From contig CAZMKB010000004.1 of the NCBI GenBank assembly GCA_964566685.1, forward strand, positions 1-34,238: 34,238 bases of DNA, in the 5' to 3' direction. The translations under genes and the position numbers were made by a program. The number at the start of each line of letters is the position of its first letter. Positions within the stretch are counted from its first letter, which is position 1. The notes under the pieces were generated by a model. The model ran no database searches. It was not told where the DNA came from and saw only the letters and a list, made by a program, of their open reading frames with translations. Of this stretch, positions 33,325 to 34,238 are shown one piece after another. This DNA is from an uncultured Gemmatimonadota bacterium. GTDB taxonomy: Bacteria > Gemmatimonadota > CAZMKB01.

Positions 33325-34238
33325 ATGGATAGAATCGTTGTCCTGGGAGCGGGACCGACCGGTCTCGGAGCGGGGTACAGGCTCCGGGAGAAGGGACACG
33401 ACGACTGGGACGTGTACGAGATGAGTCCCCACGTCGGCGGCCTGTCGGCCAGTTTCCGGGACGAACGGGGGTTCACCTGGGACATCGGCGGCCACATCAT
33501 CTTTTCCCACTATCCCTATTACGACAGGATCATCGAGGAGCTGCTCGGAGCGGATGTCTGTGCCCACGAGCGGGAGAGCTGGGTGCGGTTGATGGGCTCG
33601 TTCGTCAGGTATCCGTTCCAGAACAACTTCCACTTTCTCCCCGAAGACGTCGTCCTGGAGTGCATCATGGGTCTCATCGAGGCCCGGGAGAACAACCGGA
33701 AGGTCCGTACCTTCGAAGACTGGATTCTGAAGATGTTCGGTGAGGGGATAGCGAAGTATTTCCTCGCTCCCTACAATCTCAAGGTCTGGTCTCATCCCCT
33801 GACGATGATGGACTGCAACTGGATAGGGGAGAGGGTGAGCGTCGTCGACATCAGGCATGTCATGCGGAACATCGTGTACCGGAAGGATGACAGCTCCTGG
33901 GGGCCGAACAACCAGTTCCTGTTTCCCCTCCACGGGGGCACCGGGGGCCTGTTCGAGGCCTTCGTCCCGGTTCTGGGCGATCGGCTGCACCTTTCGAGCC
34001 GGGCGACGGCGGTTTCGCTCGAGAACCGGACCGTCGGATTCGAGAACGGCGAAGAGACGTCGTTCAATGCCTTGCTGTCGACCATTCCAGCCGACGAGCT
34101 GGTCCGTATCACCGATTCCGCACCGGCGGAGGTCCGGGAGGCGGCGGACTGCCTGAAGAAGGCGGGTGGCTATATCGTCGGGGGGGGTATCGCGCGCACC
34201 TGTCCGAGTGACAAGAACTGGATGTACTTTCCCGAGGG
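33325..34238 (+). CDS. FAD-dependent oxidoreductase, UDP-galactopyranose mutase-like (3' end truncated by the window)
   Basis: Not in the ORF track because no stop is reached. My translation from ATG 33325 (SD GGAGGAGGAAGGA at 33307-33319) gives MDRIVVLGAGPTGLGAGYRL (Rossmann GxGxxG)...VGGLSASF...WDIGGHIIF...FLAPYNLKVWSHP...WIGERV...LFPLHGGTGGLFEA, open to the end of the window. Confidence 0.75.
   Translation, partial: MDRIVVLGAGPTGLGAGYRLREKGHDDWDVYEMSPHVGGLSASFRDERGFTWDIGGHIIFSHYPYYDRIIEELLGADVCAHERESWVRLMGSFVRYPFQNNFHFLPEDVVLECIMGLIEARENNRKVRTFEDWILKMFGEGIAKYFLAPYNLKVWSHPLTMMDCNWIGERVSVVDIRHVMRNIVYRKDDSSWGPNNQFLFPLHGGTGGLFEAFVPVLGDRLHLSSRATAVSLENRTVGFENGEETSFNALLSTIPADELVRITDSAPAEVREAADCLKKAGGYIVGGGIARTCPSDKNWMYFPE

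Noticed and set aside
271-33990. Many long ORFs in the track overlap or run antisense to recognised genes. Examples: 271..1530-, 273..1595+, 4685..5932-, 5932..7413-, 11976..13217+, 13395..14723+, 15865..16893+, 25106..26317-, 26314..27657-, 29569..30855-, 33274..33990-.
   Set aside because: These are typical high-GC shadow ORFs. Their translations are Arg/Pro/Gly/Asp-rich and low-complexity, with no family motifs and no SDs. The alternative frame or strand in each case encodes a protein with clear conserved signatures.
1-34238. CRISPR arrays, transposases/IS elements, integrases, prophage genes, toxin-antitoxin pairs and rRNA.
   Set aside because: No regularly spaced direct repeats, terminal inverted repeats or recognisable recombinase, phage or TA protein motifs were seen in any frame. 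The only periodic DNA signal is the in-gene FG-GAP repeat.

Overview
This is a 34.2-kb high-GC bacterial chromosomal segment. Hand counts give about 64% GC at 5101-5200. It is probably from an uncultivated FCB-superphylum-like lineage, inferred only from a T9SS-type C-terminal sorting domain. Genes fall into strand-coherent blocks.

1. 0.3-7.4 kb, + strand: a secreted M6 metallopeptidase with a T9SS CTD, gcvT, a sigma54-dependent enhancer-binding protein (bEBP) with a degenerate receiver domain, and a 7-blade FG-GAP propeller protein.
2. 7.4-10.5 kb: a visibly lower-GC accessory patch. It holds an orphan secreted protein and a TPR protein that form one reading frame interrupted by a single in-frame TAG, plus a convergent orphan secreted protein.
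3. 10.5-20.4 kb, - strand: a contiguous proteostasis block, dnaK-htrA-tRNA-Leu-tig-clpP-clpX-lon-engB, in which lon is frame-disrupted.
4. 20.4-21.1 kb: a 705-bp non-coding, hairpin-rich divergent control region. It carries two opposed sigma54-type -24/-12 motifs and a near-consensus sigma70 promoter.
5. 21.1-34.2 kb, + strand: a surface-glycan locus. It encodes a priming phosphoglycosyl transferase, a Wza-like exporter, an AlkP-family phosphodiesterase, a Wzx-like flippase, a GT4, a tandem PIG-L deacetylase, a GT-C/GT39-like membrane transferase, a membrane-anchored sulfatase-fold enzyme with a Thr/His active-site substitution, and a UGM-like flavoenzyme cut by the window end.

I saw no CRISPR array, transposase, integrase or rRNA. 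The most notable signals are three TGGCAY-N5-TTGC sigma54-type motifs, each correctly oriented upstream of a gene (including dnaK), together with an orphan pseudo-receiver bEBP. The amber-interrupted NlpC/P60-like/TPR gene in the low-GC patch is the other. All functional calls come from motif-level reading of the translations. No database search, HMM or folding program was run.
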